Positions 12,901 through 26,100 of a stretch of DNA of 64,000 bases are shown piece by piece. A program made the translations under genes and the position numbers. The DNA is from Hyphochytrium catenoides (lineage: Eukaryota > Protista > Hyphochytriomycota), in NCBI GenBank assembly GCA_900088475.1, contig FLMG01000368.1, positions 124,001 through 188,000 on the forward strand, written 5' to 3'. Under the pieces are notes generated by a model. That model did no database searches, had not been told where the DNA came from, and saw nothing but the letters and a program-made list of their open reading frames with translations. How positions within the stretch are numbered: the stretch's first letter is position 1; each line of letters opens with the position of its first letter.

Positions 12901-15900
12901 CATCCTGGACAACCCGTTGGCGTACCTAAAATTGTACCAAGCATGACGGTTAGTACTCAACTATAGTAGAGCACTCCTGCAGTAGAGAGTTGATAAAACC
13001 TGTCCTGCGATGGCAGTGCATGTTCCAGAGCCGTCAAAAGATGAGACTACGATATCCTCCATATCTCCTGCCATACTCGTTCCTGAGAATGTGACGAAGT
13101 ATGTTGCATTGTAGGTCCCAATATTGTTTATCCGGACGGCTATTTCCAGATTATTCGCAGATACAGATGATAAAGCCTCCAGAGAAGCTTTTAAAGCTCC
13201 TGTGGTCGTCGCGCCAGATATGCAGCTTGTTGTAGGTTTCTGTACCAGGGAATAGCTTGCTCCAGCGAAGATCCCGCACTATAACATGCGGTTAGAAAGG
13301 TTAGGAGAGGGACAGGACCCAAAATCAGATCTGCTATGGACATACCTGGTGATCACCTTTGACAGGCACTGAAGATGAAAGTAAGTCACCGCTGGGAGTA
13401 CCGGATATCTGGACTGAGCAAATAACAGTGGACGTGGGGTCCATAATTCCGAAAATCGCTCCAATCCCAACGTCGGGCACCGAAGATAGCGGTACATTTA
13501 GCTTCAGAAGTCCACTGCCAGTGATCTCCGTAACACACAATGAGCAGGTGGGAATGGAGAGTTCAAATTTGCCGAAAGAAAGTTTGAAGCTTCCGGCAGG
13601 GGCAGTAGCACTAGTAGATGTTATGATGAGCGCCTGGACTTCTGTTCCAAGCGAGACTTGACAAGCAGTAGGATTACACAAGACAGATCCCCCGGCACTG
13701 TCAACCATATCAAAAGCAGCCGTTCCTTGAGGTTCACCATACGCGCTACAATAATCGACCGATTAAGAGTCAGAAACATCCGCCATGGACAATAGCTTCG
13801 GTCCGCATCAACGGCTACTCACCTATTGAAGGTGGGCAAGGGATCCCACTGGATCACATAGGAACTAATAGTAGAGCCAGCTGCGCCAGCCATGAAGCCT
13901 TCGGCATTGAAGGTTGGCCCTCTGAAAGTCAAATCCAGCTGATCCGGTATCCCTTTCTTACTCTCGGTGGCAATGAGGTCCGTAGGAATATGGGGAGTCC
14001 GTGGTCCTGGGGAAAGGGATCTCGGGTCTGATACGGCGGCGGGGCCATACCCGTAGTTTGTCCCTACGGTAGGGTTCCCGTTGAAGGCACGGACTCGGAC
14101 AAAAATAGGGACATCTGCCGTCAGGCCATCGATAACATAGCTAGTGGTGGATGCGTCGACCATCGCACTACCGGTGGACGCCACTGTCCAGGGGTTACCG
14201 GTGAGCAAGATCGTTGAGGCCCTGAAAGGTAGGGTATTCAAAGATATCGTTGATATGTTGCCCGTATAGCTAGTCGTATTAGTCCAATCTCACCTTTCAA
14301 ACTGGTAGTGCGAATCCCATTCGACTACGTACTTGAGGACGGGAACCGAACTGGCATTTGGCTCCCTCCATCTTACTCCTAGGCTTCTGTCATCTATCAC
14401 CGAGATCTGGACCTGGGGGCCACAATTTATCATAGTCAGACTTATAGCAGATTAAGACTAAGATCAGCGCTCTGTGGCTGTCCATACCTGCTGAGGTCTC
14501 GTGGGCGGTACCCCGAACACCTTCAGTTTGGTGGTAGAGTAAAAATCACCCTCCCAAACTTTGGTAATACTGATTAGGCCATCAATGTTATTTGTCGCGC
14601 TCGCTATGCTCAAACTAACATCCTTTCCCTCTACTCCTTCTGGTGTGGGGTAGGCAAAGGTGATATGATAGCGGATGTCTATGGGCACCGGTGGCTGTCG
14701 AAGAGAAACGCTGTTATCCGTCTCGGCACACAAACGGCAGAATACAAGGGAAGGCGGATGCCAAGTCAACTCTTACCAGAGTTCCTGGGTCCTCGAAACC
14801 CTTGGACTGATCGATTCTAGTTACCCAGAGAGGACCCACGCCAGCAATTTTCTGAAGCGCGTCTGCTAGAGTCTTCGCTCTTGCATTCATCTTGATGGGG
14901 CTTGTGTCACCCAAAACAATCCCTTCAAATCAGGAGGGATACAGGATCAGTTCTTTCTGGCCTGAGAAGATTGAGTCACTGACACTAGACAAGACTTACC
15001 CTTCCAGGTTGCCCTCAGGACAAAATTCTCATCCTCATTGAATATTGTTGGCAAGGAGACGGTCGGTCCAGGGTGGACCAAGGAGACTATCACTACGGCC
15101 AACCTGCTGGACATTGACTTTGCGACAGCAGGCTCACTAAATCCTACGGAGTTGTAGGCCAAGACTCGTATGTAGTATACTTCAGATGGCGCCAGTCCGG
15201 TGATAGTGGATGAATAGAGCCTTTTCCCTTTTATGGCCTGATTACAAATTTTTACTCAGCCTCTCTGGAGGTGCTAGGAGATAGTACAAAGCTAAACCTG
15301 CTTACCTGAATTGATAGCTTTCCCGAGGCTGCAGACACGCCGCTGAAGCTAGGGCTATTATCCCATTGTAGCGAGTACAAAGTTATTGTCTCTCCTCCAT
15401 CAAAAAGGGGGACCTCCCATGTCACTAGGGCTGAAGACGCTGTACGTGTGTAAGCCATCACAGAGCGGGGTGCACTCGGCGGAACGTTCCTCATGGCTAT
15501 TGCTAATGGCGCAATGACAGGGGTCCCACGTCCAAGATTGTTCCATGGCGTCACCCTCACAAAATAGGGACCCTTATGCGGAAGAAGCCCGTTGACCTCA
15601 AAATCTGTGGGTACGACTCCGGCCTGTACTTTTCTCGTCTTTACACAAACATTCGTTCCAGTCAGGGTTCCTCCGCATGAAACCGTCGTTGCTGCAATGC
15701 TCAGGCTGGGATCTGTCTTGACAAGGAGCTGAGGAAGGTTGGCTTCGCTACTAATGAAGGTAACCCTCCATGCCCGACTAACGCGTTGAAGTGGTACACT
15801 GCTCATAGCGTTAACATCATGTGAACGCCTCACGACGAGGCTTCTAATCCCGGGTAGACCTGCAATTAATGGGATTGGCACACTTACTGAAAACCGTCAG

Positions 15901-18900
15901 GAAGCAAAGAAAGTGTCTACACTACAGGTACTACCTTCAAGAGCGAGCGTGATTTCATGGGTTGATGATGTGACCTTGATAGGCTGGGATAGACGTCCAT
16001 TAAGAGAGACATAGAACTCTCCACCATCGTCAAATTCTTCCGCGCTGAGCTCCAGCTCCTGTATCTCAGGCCTGTTTTCCAAATGATAAGGATAGTGTAT
16101 GGAGGTGCTGAAAGGAACGGGTTCAAACCTTCGTTCCACCATTGCAGAACCAAGAGAAAGCTCATGGATTCCATGCGAGCCGCCGGTGAAAGCAGGTGGC
16201 GTTCCCCTGACGATCCTTCTGGTAGTCAAGTTGAAGTCGCCAACGATACTATAAGGCCCTGGTTGGAGTAGACGCTGTTCTCCAACATTCTCGACAAACT
16301 CTATTCTCCATCGTCGAACGCCTATTACCTGGGGAATCCCTTTTTCCTCCTCCACGTTAACCACTACCCGACCTATGCCACTCAGCTTCTTGACAGCTTG
16401 GATCATTGTCTTGGGGTCTGCATTCCAGGCTATCGGTGAGGTCGTTTCTTGACCACAGCTTAGCTCAAAGGAGCCACCAATCGCACCCTTATAGGTGAGC
16501 AAGACCTGAATGGCAAAGATAGAAAATGAGTCTCGGCTCAGTTATTGCCCTTTAAAAAATTCGCGCTACTACCTACCTCTTGAACTTCATTCTGGCCGGG
16601 CACATTATCCCACTCAACCAAATAGCCTCTGATCCCTCCCTCCAGTGTGCCTGCACTTGTGATGGGTGGAGACCACGTCACCCGAAGAGTTGTGTTGGAG
16701 GTTGGAACCCCTGTGAGGGCTTCCACGGATCCTGGCCTGTTCAAGGTAGCCATTGCTGGTGGCTGAGCATACCGAGCTCGACCCCATTGAGATCCGACAC
16801 CGTTCCACGCGCTTACTTTCACAGTATACTCGACGCCCTTCTTCAGCCCATCAATGATGTAAGTGTAATTGGAGCCTGGCAGACAGCAAAGTGGGTTAGG
16901 CCCTTGATGAGATGGGGGAAAGTATGTCACAGTTCAGTACTCACCCTTGGCATTGGCCATGATCACACTACTTCCATACGATGAGGTTTTGTATCTTGGG
17001 AGACCCCCCACCCTCTTGACTGCGACTACAGCTTGAATTGGGTCTGGACTGTAAACATTTGAAGAATCTATCAAGAGTAGCGGAACAGTTCCAGGTAGTG
17101 ATACGAAGACCACATGCCAGGTAAAGCCCTGAGCTGACTGTGTTCGCCAAACACGGATTTTGTCTCCGACGTTGCCCAATCGCAACAGCTCCCCTTCCAT
17201 GACTGCTGCAGAGACATTGAACTGTATCGCATTAGTCGACCTACCGTCAAACGATAGACGGAAACTTCCACTGAGCAGTGACGCCGAGGTGGACGTCACC
17301 GATACAATCTGCTCCTCAAAGCCAACGAAGCTATCCACCAGTATAGCTGCAGAAAGGGTTGTGCCATCGGGTGCGACGTTGCAGGAGGCCGCCGTCAATG
17401 AGTGTTTAAAATCCTTTGCCAAGTTCTCCAAGGAGCAGGAAACAAGGAAAGGTTCCACTGATCCAGCATGAGGCTCATAGAGTCCCAAACCGCTCACAAA
17501 AGTCACATCCCAAGAGAAACCATACGCGAAGGATCGACGGCTGACTTCTAGGGCTCCCACCGAGGGGAGCTCCTCCAATGCGGCTTTAACATCGCTCGCA
17601 GTGCTTGACACAGGTAGCGGCACTGTCGTAAAGCCCTGATATGCAATGCGGAAGTGGCCAGTGAAGTCATAAGAAGCAGGCGCGGAGATAGTAATGGTCT
17701 GTACGGGATAGGACGCGAAATGAACGTCGGAGGGTCCGAGGCTTGGGTTAGCTATGCACGCATAAGAGCCAGCAGCATCCCATTCAACTCTATACTGTGT
17801 AACTGTAAACGGTCCAAGGCAGTAGCGGTTAGATGGTTAGTGCTAAGACTATGGAGGGTGATCAAGATAAAAAAAAATACACTGACCTGCGGCACCACCA
17901 TTATCCAATGATTGTCCAAAGGTTACCCTAAGTGAGGTGGCACTCCATGGCTCCAGATAGACGGAAGATGGTGGATCAGGTTGCCTCTTTGGTGTCTCAG
18001 ATAGTTGATATGGTACGGCAGGGTTGGCGGAGAAACCGTGTGAGTTGTACGAGTAAACGCGGACGTAGTACGGGACCCCTGTCGACAAACTTCCGATGAC
18101 AAGCTCACAGGGAGATAGTTGACATTCCCGTTCAGGGGCTCGCACCAGGTAGTCCTGGTATCCCACCGCTGCTCCGTCTGTGCTATCAAACGTTTGGTTT
18201 AGATCCCATTCTACCCGATAAGCTGTCACAGGGTCACCGCCATCACTCATAGGATAGCTCCAAACCACCTTCAATCCACTGTCACCATGGACATCGAGCT
18301 CCACTTGCACTGGCTCCGACGGCTTCTGCTTTGGTGGAGCCAAAAACGTGGGGACAGAGACTTGAGGAGCACCGTATCCTTTAACATTAGCGGCGCTCAC
18401 TCTTACAGAATAAGGCACCCCTGGCAAAAGGCCGGAGAGTACATAGGAGAACGACTGCTGGTCATAGGGACTGTCAATTTCAAATGTCTGGAGGTTGTCC
18501 GGAAGAATCCCAGATGCAAGAACGTCCACTGATGAGGTATATCTGATGTCCCACAGTGGGTGTGCAATCTCAAGAGTCCCGGGGGGGATGTCAGAGACAA
18601 AGGTAACAACAAAAGAAACTGTCTGTCCGATTAGGTTCTTGACCACCTGAACATCTCTGAAAGGTACCGAAGAAACATCCGGTAAAAGAAATACGGAGCA
18701 GTTAGCTAAGAAACGGCTTTAGATAACTTTCCTGCCTACCTCAAAGTGGGTAGTCCCCTCAGAGCTGCAGCAAAGTCCGACTCGGAGGCCTCGACTGCTA
18801 TAAAGTCAGTGATTTCGTCTGCGAGTCGAACCCTAAAGTAGCCCGTTATAGGACAAGCAGCACATGCGACGATACTCAGCCGCTGAACTTCAGGAGTTCC

Positions 18901-20175
18901 AGCGGAGGTAAAGCACTCAAGCAAGTATTTTGAAATAGTACCTCCGTGGGAATCCACCGGCGCCTGCGTAGAAGTCGCCATCAGACGGTCAGAAATTCAA
19001 GAGGGAACCAGAACACGCACCTGCCAAGACACCACAAGCGACCGTGATGGATCGTCCATAGAAGCCACATCTTCCGGGCCTGATGTTCGCAGGACGACGC
19101 CCCCAACGTCGATTGCATCTGGCGCAGCTATCGGAGCAGAGCCAAAAGGTGTGGCGACGGTGAAGTTGCTCAACCCCATTATATTTTTTGCAGCTACACG
19201 TACGTAAAGTTGCACCCCCGCTATTAGTGAAGCGATTTTATAGTTGTAGAGCGCCTCGGCGAACGCGAACTGGGCACGTTCGCGCTCCACTTGCTTCAGA
19301 TGTAATGATTCAAAAGAAGGCGAGATATCCCATTGAACAACATAGGATGTCACTGCAGCTCCATTATCGCTGTCAGGGCTCTTCCAGTAGACTTTTAGGC
19401 TTGAGTCACTATCTCCCACAGACCTTACGAAAGTCTCCAGCGGAGCCGTTGGCGATGCCATTGGTTTCAATGACCGAGATTGAGACGGGAATCCTAAGCC
19501 AGCTGAATTTTCAGCAGTCACTCTGACGGAGTAGCCTTGACCCTGTCCCCGCTCCAATGGTGGGATAGTGTCCGTCGGACGTGAATTTAGTCCATCAATG
19601 ATGAATTCATAAGGTCCAAGATCCTTTGGGACGAACAAGACTGAATGTGCCGTACTTGTTGCTCCAGCAACCGAATCACTGGACGTGCAAGGTAAGTAAA
19701 CCCTGCTGATGGTGATGGCTCCTGCACAAAGAGCGATTTCTGGGACCACACTGCCACTGCTGCTAAGAGCAGCCCCATCAACTGCTAAAGATACCTGTCC
19801 AAAGTAAGAAGTGAAAGTGATACTATAATCATAGCTCTCAGTCGCGGAGAGGCTGTTGTCCACATACGATATGCGGACAGGTCCCACACCTGGTAAAGCT
19901 TCTACTGCTTTTTGAAGTTCCTGAGGGGCAACATTGAAGGAGAGAGGCCCTGTGGTAACTGCACCACCCAATGCTAGGGTGAAGAAACCCTGATTGACCG
20001 TGCGATGGATTCGAAGAAGCTGTACGTCCTCGATATGATCTCCAGTCTCCCACCATTCAACTCGATAAGTAAGGCTGTCATCACCCCCATCATACAGGGG
20101 CTTTTCCCATTCCACCATAAGCGAGGATGATCCAGCTATCCGCAGAGCTGTAAGTATGGGCGGTCCCGGGAGGAC
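3943..20175 (-). other. C-terminal block of about 17 FN3 domains with inserted modules
   Basis: Repeated FN3 halves, e.g. LMVEWEKPLYDGG, LKVYWKSPDSDNG, LKVVWSYPMSDGG, LVTWEVPLFDGG, LLVQWGTPLDIGG and ILVQWELPAFTGG, each completed by a GL..G..Y.VRV.A.N motif. Confidence 0.8.
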
Positions 20176-23100
20176 GGGCATAGCTATGACCGAAAACGGT
20201 GAGCCTTGAATGGGTTCACGACCATGAAACAATCTTCGACTTGGTATAATCTCCTTTGGTTGAGATAAGCTAGACCAAGATAGGCGGATCTGCGCCGAAC
20301 CAACGTTCTTTTTGAACTTGATGCTGATGGCGTAGAGGCGATCAGCAACTAGTGCTGCTGGAGTTGAATAGCTCAATTCTTGAGGAAAAGGGGCATTTAC
20401 GGTCTGAAAGATCAAGAACGTCTATCAGAATATTAAATCAGTAGAAGCACTTATTTTCAGGTAAACTCACCTCATTTGACAAATCGTTTAGCACCACTTC
20501 CCCATCGAAGCTCAATTGCACTCCATCATTGTATATCAAATAAAAGGTATAGACTTCCTCGTATGCAGGTTGAACAAAGCCCTGCCAATGGGCACTAATG
20601 TAGTCTTTTCCAGTTTCGGTAATGAGGCCTTCCCAGAAAAAGTCCACAGCCCCATCTACGCGCTGTAAAGCGGGTTGCCCATACAGCCATCGATTGTTAT
20701 AGTACTCTGCTTCTAGGCCAAACGGAAAGGTCCTGAAGACCTCCAGCCTGTACTCCCCATGTTCAGGCAAGATGTATTCACCACGGTATTGCGGTCCTGC
20801 GAAGTGCCTCACATCTACGGCAACCTCTTGAGGACCATGCAACCTGCCAACAAATTGATCACCCATGGTTCCAGATTTGCTGCTGACTGCTAAGGCACCA
20901 TCATAACCACTAGAGGTCGGGCAATAACTGCTTGTGTAGATGGTTGCACCGTCACCTAGCAGCCTATACGCTTCACTTGTGAGCAGGGATATTGGAGAAT
21001 GCTGCTCATCGGCTACCGAAAGCAACGTTATTATAAAGTCCACGCCGTTTAGCGCATTAGCTTCGCGTTCCACCTTCACGCTGTGAAAGGCAGGATTTTC
21101 TAGCAGTGCCCTTTCGATTACCTCTGTTGAACTTGTTGGCTGCAGATCTGAAGTCCTGAAATCATGATAGGCCAAAGTAAAATACCCACCCAGGCTTCCA
21201 GAGCTGAGAGCGGTCAATCGCACTCTCTGCCTCTTGTTGACATCACAGGCACTAATATGAGCTTCTGTACCCCCCAGAGAACTACTGGTCAGCTGGCTGC
21301 TGTCCACTTTTATCGGCGGTACGTCACCGAGTGCCGGTTCAAATGAGATAACGTACTGATAGCCTACGTTTGTTCCTCTATATAGATTAACGTGTTGTGT
21401 TGGGCCCTCGTAGACCGCAGATAGAGTTATTTGTGCCGGTGTTACGGACTTAACTCCAAAGATGGGACCGGTTTCGGATCCAAGTCGTATCCATGACCCA
21501 GATGTAAAGGCAGCAGCCACTGCTGAGTTGTCAAGGAAGAGTATGTCAGAGGTCTCTGTGGCTAGCGCTCCTCCAGCGGCAACAAGAGTTCTGCATGAGG
21601 TGGACTGAACGGTGACTGCCCCAAAGACGCCGGCCCTTCTGAGCTCGTTCTGAAGCGTCTCCGGGTCGATAGCGGCCCTAACAGGTAGAGAGTAATTTCC
21701 CAGGCCTATAGTCCACTTTCCCTGTAGTGCACCTCCATCAACTGCTCTTACTTCAATAACTTGGGTGTCCGGAACGGCTCCCACTGTTATACCTCCAGTA
21801 CCATCTACAAGATTTCCCTGTTTGTCTCGTGCCTCCACCAGGAACTCGGTGATGCTGTCAACCTTACTTTCATGCAAGCCTAAAGGACAATACAGAGGCG
21901 AAGTATGTTTAGAGTACTCTATTCATAGTGAAATGTAGGTGAAGGCAGGAGGAGAATGTGCCTACCGTAGAGTCCGACTTGGTTTTCAGATCCGGGCCAG
22001 GATGCTGTCGGTGAGTCTATGGCAGTACATGCTCCCGGGTCCGTTTCTCCATGAGCGATGTGTGGCTCGAATGGGCTTCGTCCCGTAACGATCTCTACAA
22101 TCGAGGCAGAGATTGCCGGCGTAGGCGTTCCTAGTACAATTTCCAGCAGTGGCAAGTCCCCAAGAAGGTAGGGAGAGTTGACTACTTGACCTTCAATATA
22201 TCTAGCGGAGAGCCAATGCGCGCTTTGTGGATAGCCAACTAGTGTAGGCAGGAATGTGACAGTCCAGGCCCATTTATCGACAGCGATGACTTCCTTAGTT
22301 ACTTTGGCATATTGGAGAGTAGAGATGGCTACTAATCTCTCCTGTAGCTCAGCTGCTGAAGCTTGATAAGGTACCTCTTCCGAAAGTTGGTCCCTAAAAC
22401 GCAGCCTGAAAGTATCGGACGATCGCGCTCCTAGGTCAGTAAGGACAATCCTCTGTTGCTCATGCACTATGATCTCAGGATTCTGGCCCGATGTAGAGGT
22501 CTTGATATGCTCCATCTCGCCCTCTTGCACTGGGACCACAGAGATGGTAGCACCTGGTCCTATGAGCTTGTTACGCACACGGAGAGTTGGAGCGTTGCCG
22601 ACGTACTTGATAAAGTGCAATAAGTGATGAATCCTATTGGTCTTCCTATTTGTCGTTACCTTCACCAAACCAAGGGTTGAGAAGCGAGCCAAGGCCTTTT
22701 CAAGCTGATCAGATTGCGCATTCCAGACTAACGACTCGGTCCACTGATTATTGTGTCCAAGCTGGTAGGTTCCGCCTGCCTCTTCCACATTGGAAAAGGA
22801 GAGTATCACTTCTTGAATGTCAGGTTTGGTTGCCATCATAACAGCCAATGTGTGGGGCCCAGAATGAAGTGGAACGTAAGATACCTCGTATACACCCCCC
22901 GACACCTCCTGTACTTTGCCCACAATAACTTCATCTTTGAAGGACTGGAAACGAGACGGAATAAGATTTACACGAAATCTAGCGTTGTGGCCAGCTTCTA
23001 TGTCATTCCCATGTGTATCCTTTATCTGAATCCAGAACTTTGACTCAACGCCGGATATTCCTACGAAACACATACCAACTTGGTAAGCACCTCTCAAGAG

Positions 23101-26100
23101 CCAACAAAGTCGGCAAGGTCCTACCTGAATACAAGCCGTCACCATAGGCTGTTGTTCTTTTAGCGTCAGGGGGCCCTGGAAGAACCACCAGAGTCCTGGG
23201 AAAGCCAGAGATTGGGCGAGCCATGTTCCCTTTCTGAATAGTACGCACAGTAATCGAAGTATCTCCTTTGATCAGCACTTGAGGTAGAACTGTCCCTAGT
23301 GCCTTCACCCGCGGAGACGTCTCTTCTTGCAGAAATGTCACAGTCCAAATGCAGCCTTTTGAAGGATCATCGCCTACACAAGATACTGTCGTGCTGTACC
23401 CCTGAATAGACTCGAATACTATCGTTGACAATGCAGCTTGAAGGTCAGCGGCATTGCTATCAAAGCTCATGCTAATTGTCGACCTCTTCGTCACCCATTG
23501 GTTCTTCTCAAATGCCGTTAGTGAGAGATACACGTCATGGAAATTCAAAGGCATCGTGCCAGTCGATCGGACTATCATGATCGTGGGCACAGCGGGGACC
23601 GAGACATCAAGTCTATACCTTCCCTTCACCTTCGGTACATAGCTCACTAGATGCGTCCCCGTAAACTGCGATGCACGGTATACTGGCACTCCCTTCTTAT
23701 CCGGAAGTAGCAGCCTTTCTACAATTGGCACTTGCGACCCATTAAGAGTGCCACTATAGGGGTTGACTGTAAAAAGTAGCCCTTCTACAATTAAGGTGTC
23801 TCCTCTTCGTATGTGAGAAGAGAAATCTGTCGCGGTCAGGAGCGTCGTACTACCCGTCCGAACTGTAGCGAGTCCAAGGTAGTCCCACCCGTTTTGAACT
23901 ACCGTGGAGACAGCGAAACTCCCAACCCCAAAATCGCATGGTGATAAGGAAGTCACCAGCATTTCCATCCTATTGGTGACAGAGCTCCAGGGACTAGTCG
24001 ACTCCGCTCTAAAGATGCAGTCTTCATAAGCATCCCCCCCATGGGCGCCAATAACCGCGAGAGTGGTCCCATTTGTCACCTGGTCGTTCAGGTCAGCGGA
24101 CAGCTTGAGAACGCCACCAGCAGAAAGCTCCACTGCGCAACTGGGACATAAGAGAGAAGGCGCAAAGGCAATGGGAGTGGGCACCGGTGGAGCATTGTCT
24201 CCCACCCTGCCAGACCCTGCCCAGCCGTCAACGCCTACATGACATAGAGAGCAAGTATCAGTGACCTCAGACGAAAGCGGTCCTGCATAAGACAAATCTG
24301 GGTTGCTTACCAGTGAAACGCACAATGTATTTTCCGCGTCCATTATTTAGAAGAGTATTATTTTCTGAATCCTTCGCTGTGATGGTGAATGTCTGGAGTT
24401 CCAAGGCTTGTACTTCAGGAGCAAGTCCAATACCGTTGGCAACGGTTAAGTTAGGACTAATCTCTCCGGGCAGGATATCCACAGAGAAAGGCGTCTTGGA
24501 GATGGGCCTCGAATATAGCAGGTTATCGGAAGGTATAACCTCACGTCTATTTTGTAGAGTACTGCTCCAAAGCAAACGAATTTTGGCCGGTTCGTCTGTA
24601 ACTCGATATTCCAAAACTATTGGCACAATGCTAGCTGAGAGGGTCATTGTGCCGTTGTGCAAGGTTGAGACTAGCCTCGAGTCATGGAATTGGTCGATAA
24701 CCACCTGACCGTTAATGTACAAGCGAACGCCTGACAGAGTTTCCACATAGAAGGTATATGAATCATTTCTCTCTACGAAGAGGTGACCTATCCACCGTAT
24801 TGAATAGTCCTTGGCTGGAAAGCCATCTTTAGGTGACCACTCATCCCAATTATAGTCAATGATGGGGCTAAGCCACGTGGCCTCGCATGGAGCGGCAACT
24901 TCTGAAAGCACCTCTTCGTCTAAGGGACAGAAAGGAGGACGCCCAGGGATAGGATTGGTGAGGTCATCGTTCATGAAGAACGTCGCGGTTAGTCCTCCCG
25001 CCTGCCGAAGCGCAACGTGGAGATTGTAATTGCCTGCAGACTTAGGCAAAAAGGATGCTTCGTAAACGCCTTTTCGATCTCCAAAAGAGGGTTCAACTGT
25101 ACCAAAGAGAGTGACTCCGGACGTGTCACCTAGTTGGGACCGTCCAGTTCCTATTAGCGTCACATTAAAAGAAGCTTCAGATCCGAGGTTGATATTGGTT
25201 GGGTTGCCGTAACGATCTGCAGCATATATTTTGAAGCGCTCAGCAACCCCTACCATTGCATGACTGCTGGCGGTATGAGACGTCCGTGGTCCATGCGCCT
25301 GTCCCCCAATAACCCGAACTGGAACTTGGAGATCAGACCCAATAACCTCACCTCTAATCAGAATTTGAGCTTGATATTCCGCTTGACTGATGGGGGTGTA
25401 TTGAGCTTCATAGAGGCCATTGCCCAAATGGGATATCCGATCCAGGCCCTTTACTTCGTATCGAACGTCCACACTTGAGATACCATTAGAGAAGTCTGAA
25501 GCTTCTAGAAGTGGAAGGCTCCTCACTGTTGAGCCCGTATGATTGACTAGAAAGCTGGTGGAAGAAGGAGAGCAGAGACTGCCAGAAGGTCCCGTCACAC
25601 TGACGGGTAATCCTAGTATATCCCTGAGTATAGTCTGTAGGGATTCTGTTGAAACGTCGCCGGATACTCTACTTGATCTTTCTCCAGTCCTGAGGGTGAA
25701 TCTTCCCTTCGCTAAACCAGTACACGAGACTCGTTGTTCTTCCCGCATACCTAGTCTCACCAAAGATTGCGAGCTTGATTTTCCCTTTTGTAGTTCGGTG
25801 ACTATAACGCGGTTTCTGCTGGACACGCCCACACTAAGTAAGGGTTGGTCCTTCAGCTCCTCGAACGTTAGTAACAACATATCTGGCAAAGACGGTACAC
25901 AAATGGTGTTCTGGCCACCCGGTGACACTAAAGATACAGGGAATCCCATAGCACCGGTCAGGAGGGCCTCGGCTTCAGAGAGGGTCGACGTTGGCTTAAG
26001 CGTTATGTCGGCAGATGTCCCTAAGGAGATTGGGATCGTTGAGGACGCATCGCAAGGATTTGTAAGACATCTACAGTTCAGTCCCTGAACCTCATACTCT

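Noticed and set aside
24235-24310. Alternative 28-nt intron (24283-24310) that would add 16 aa containing CSLC
   Set aside because: It is far shorter than all other introns, and the branch-like CTGAT lies downstream of that AG, which favours the 76-nt intron.
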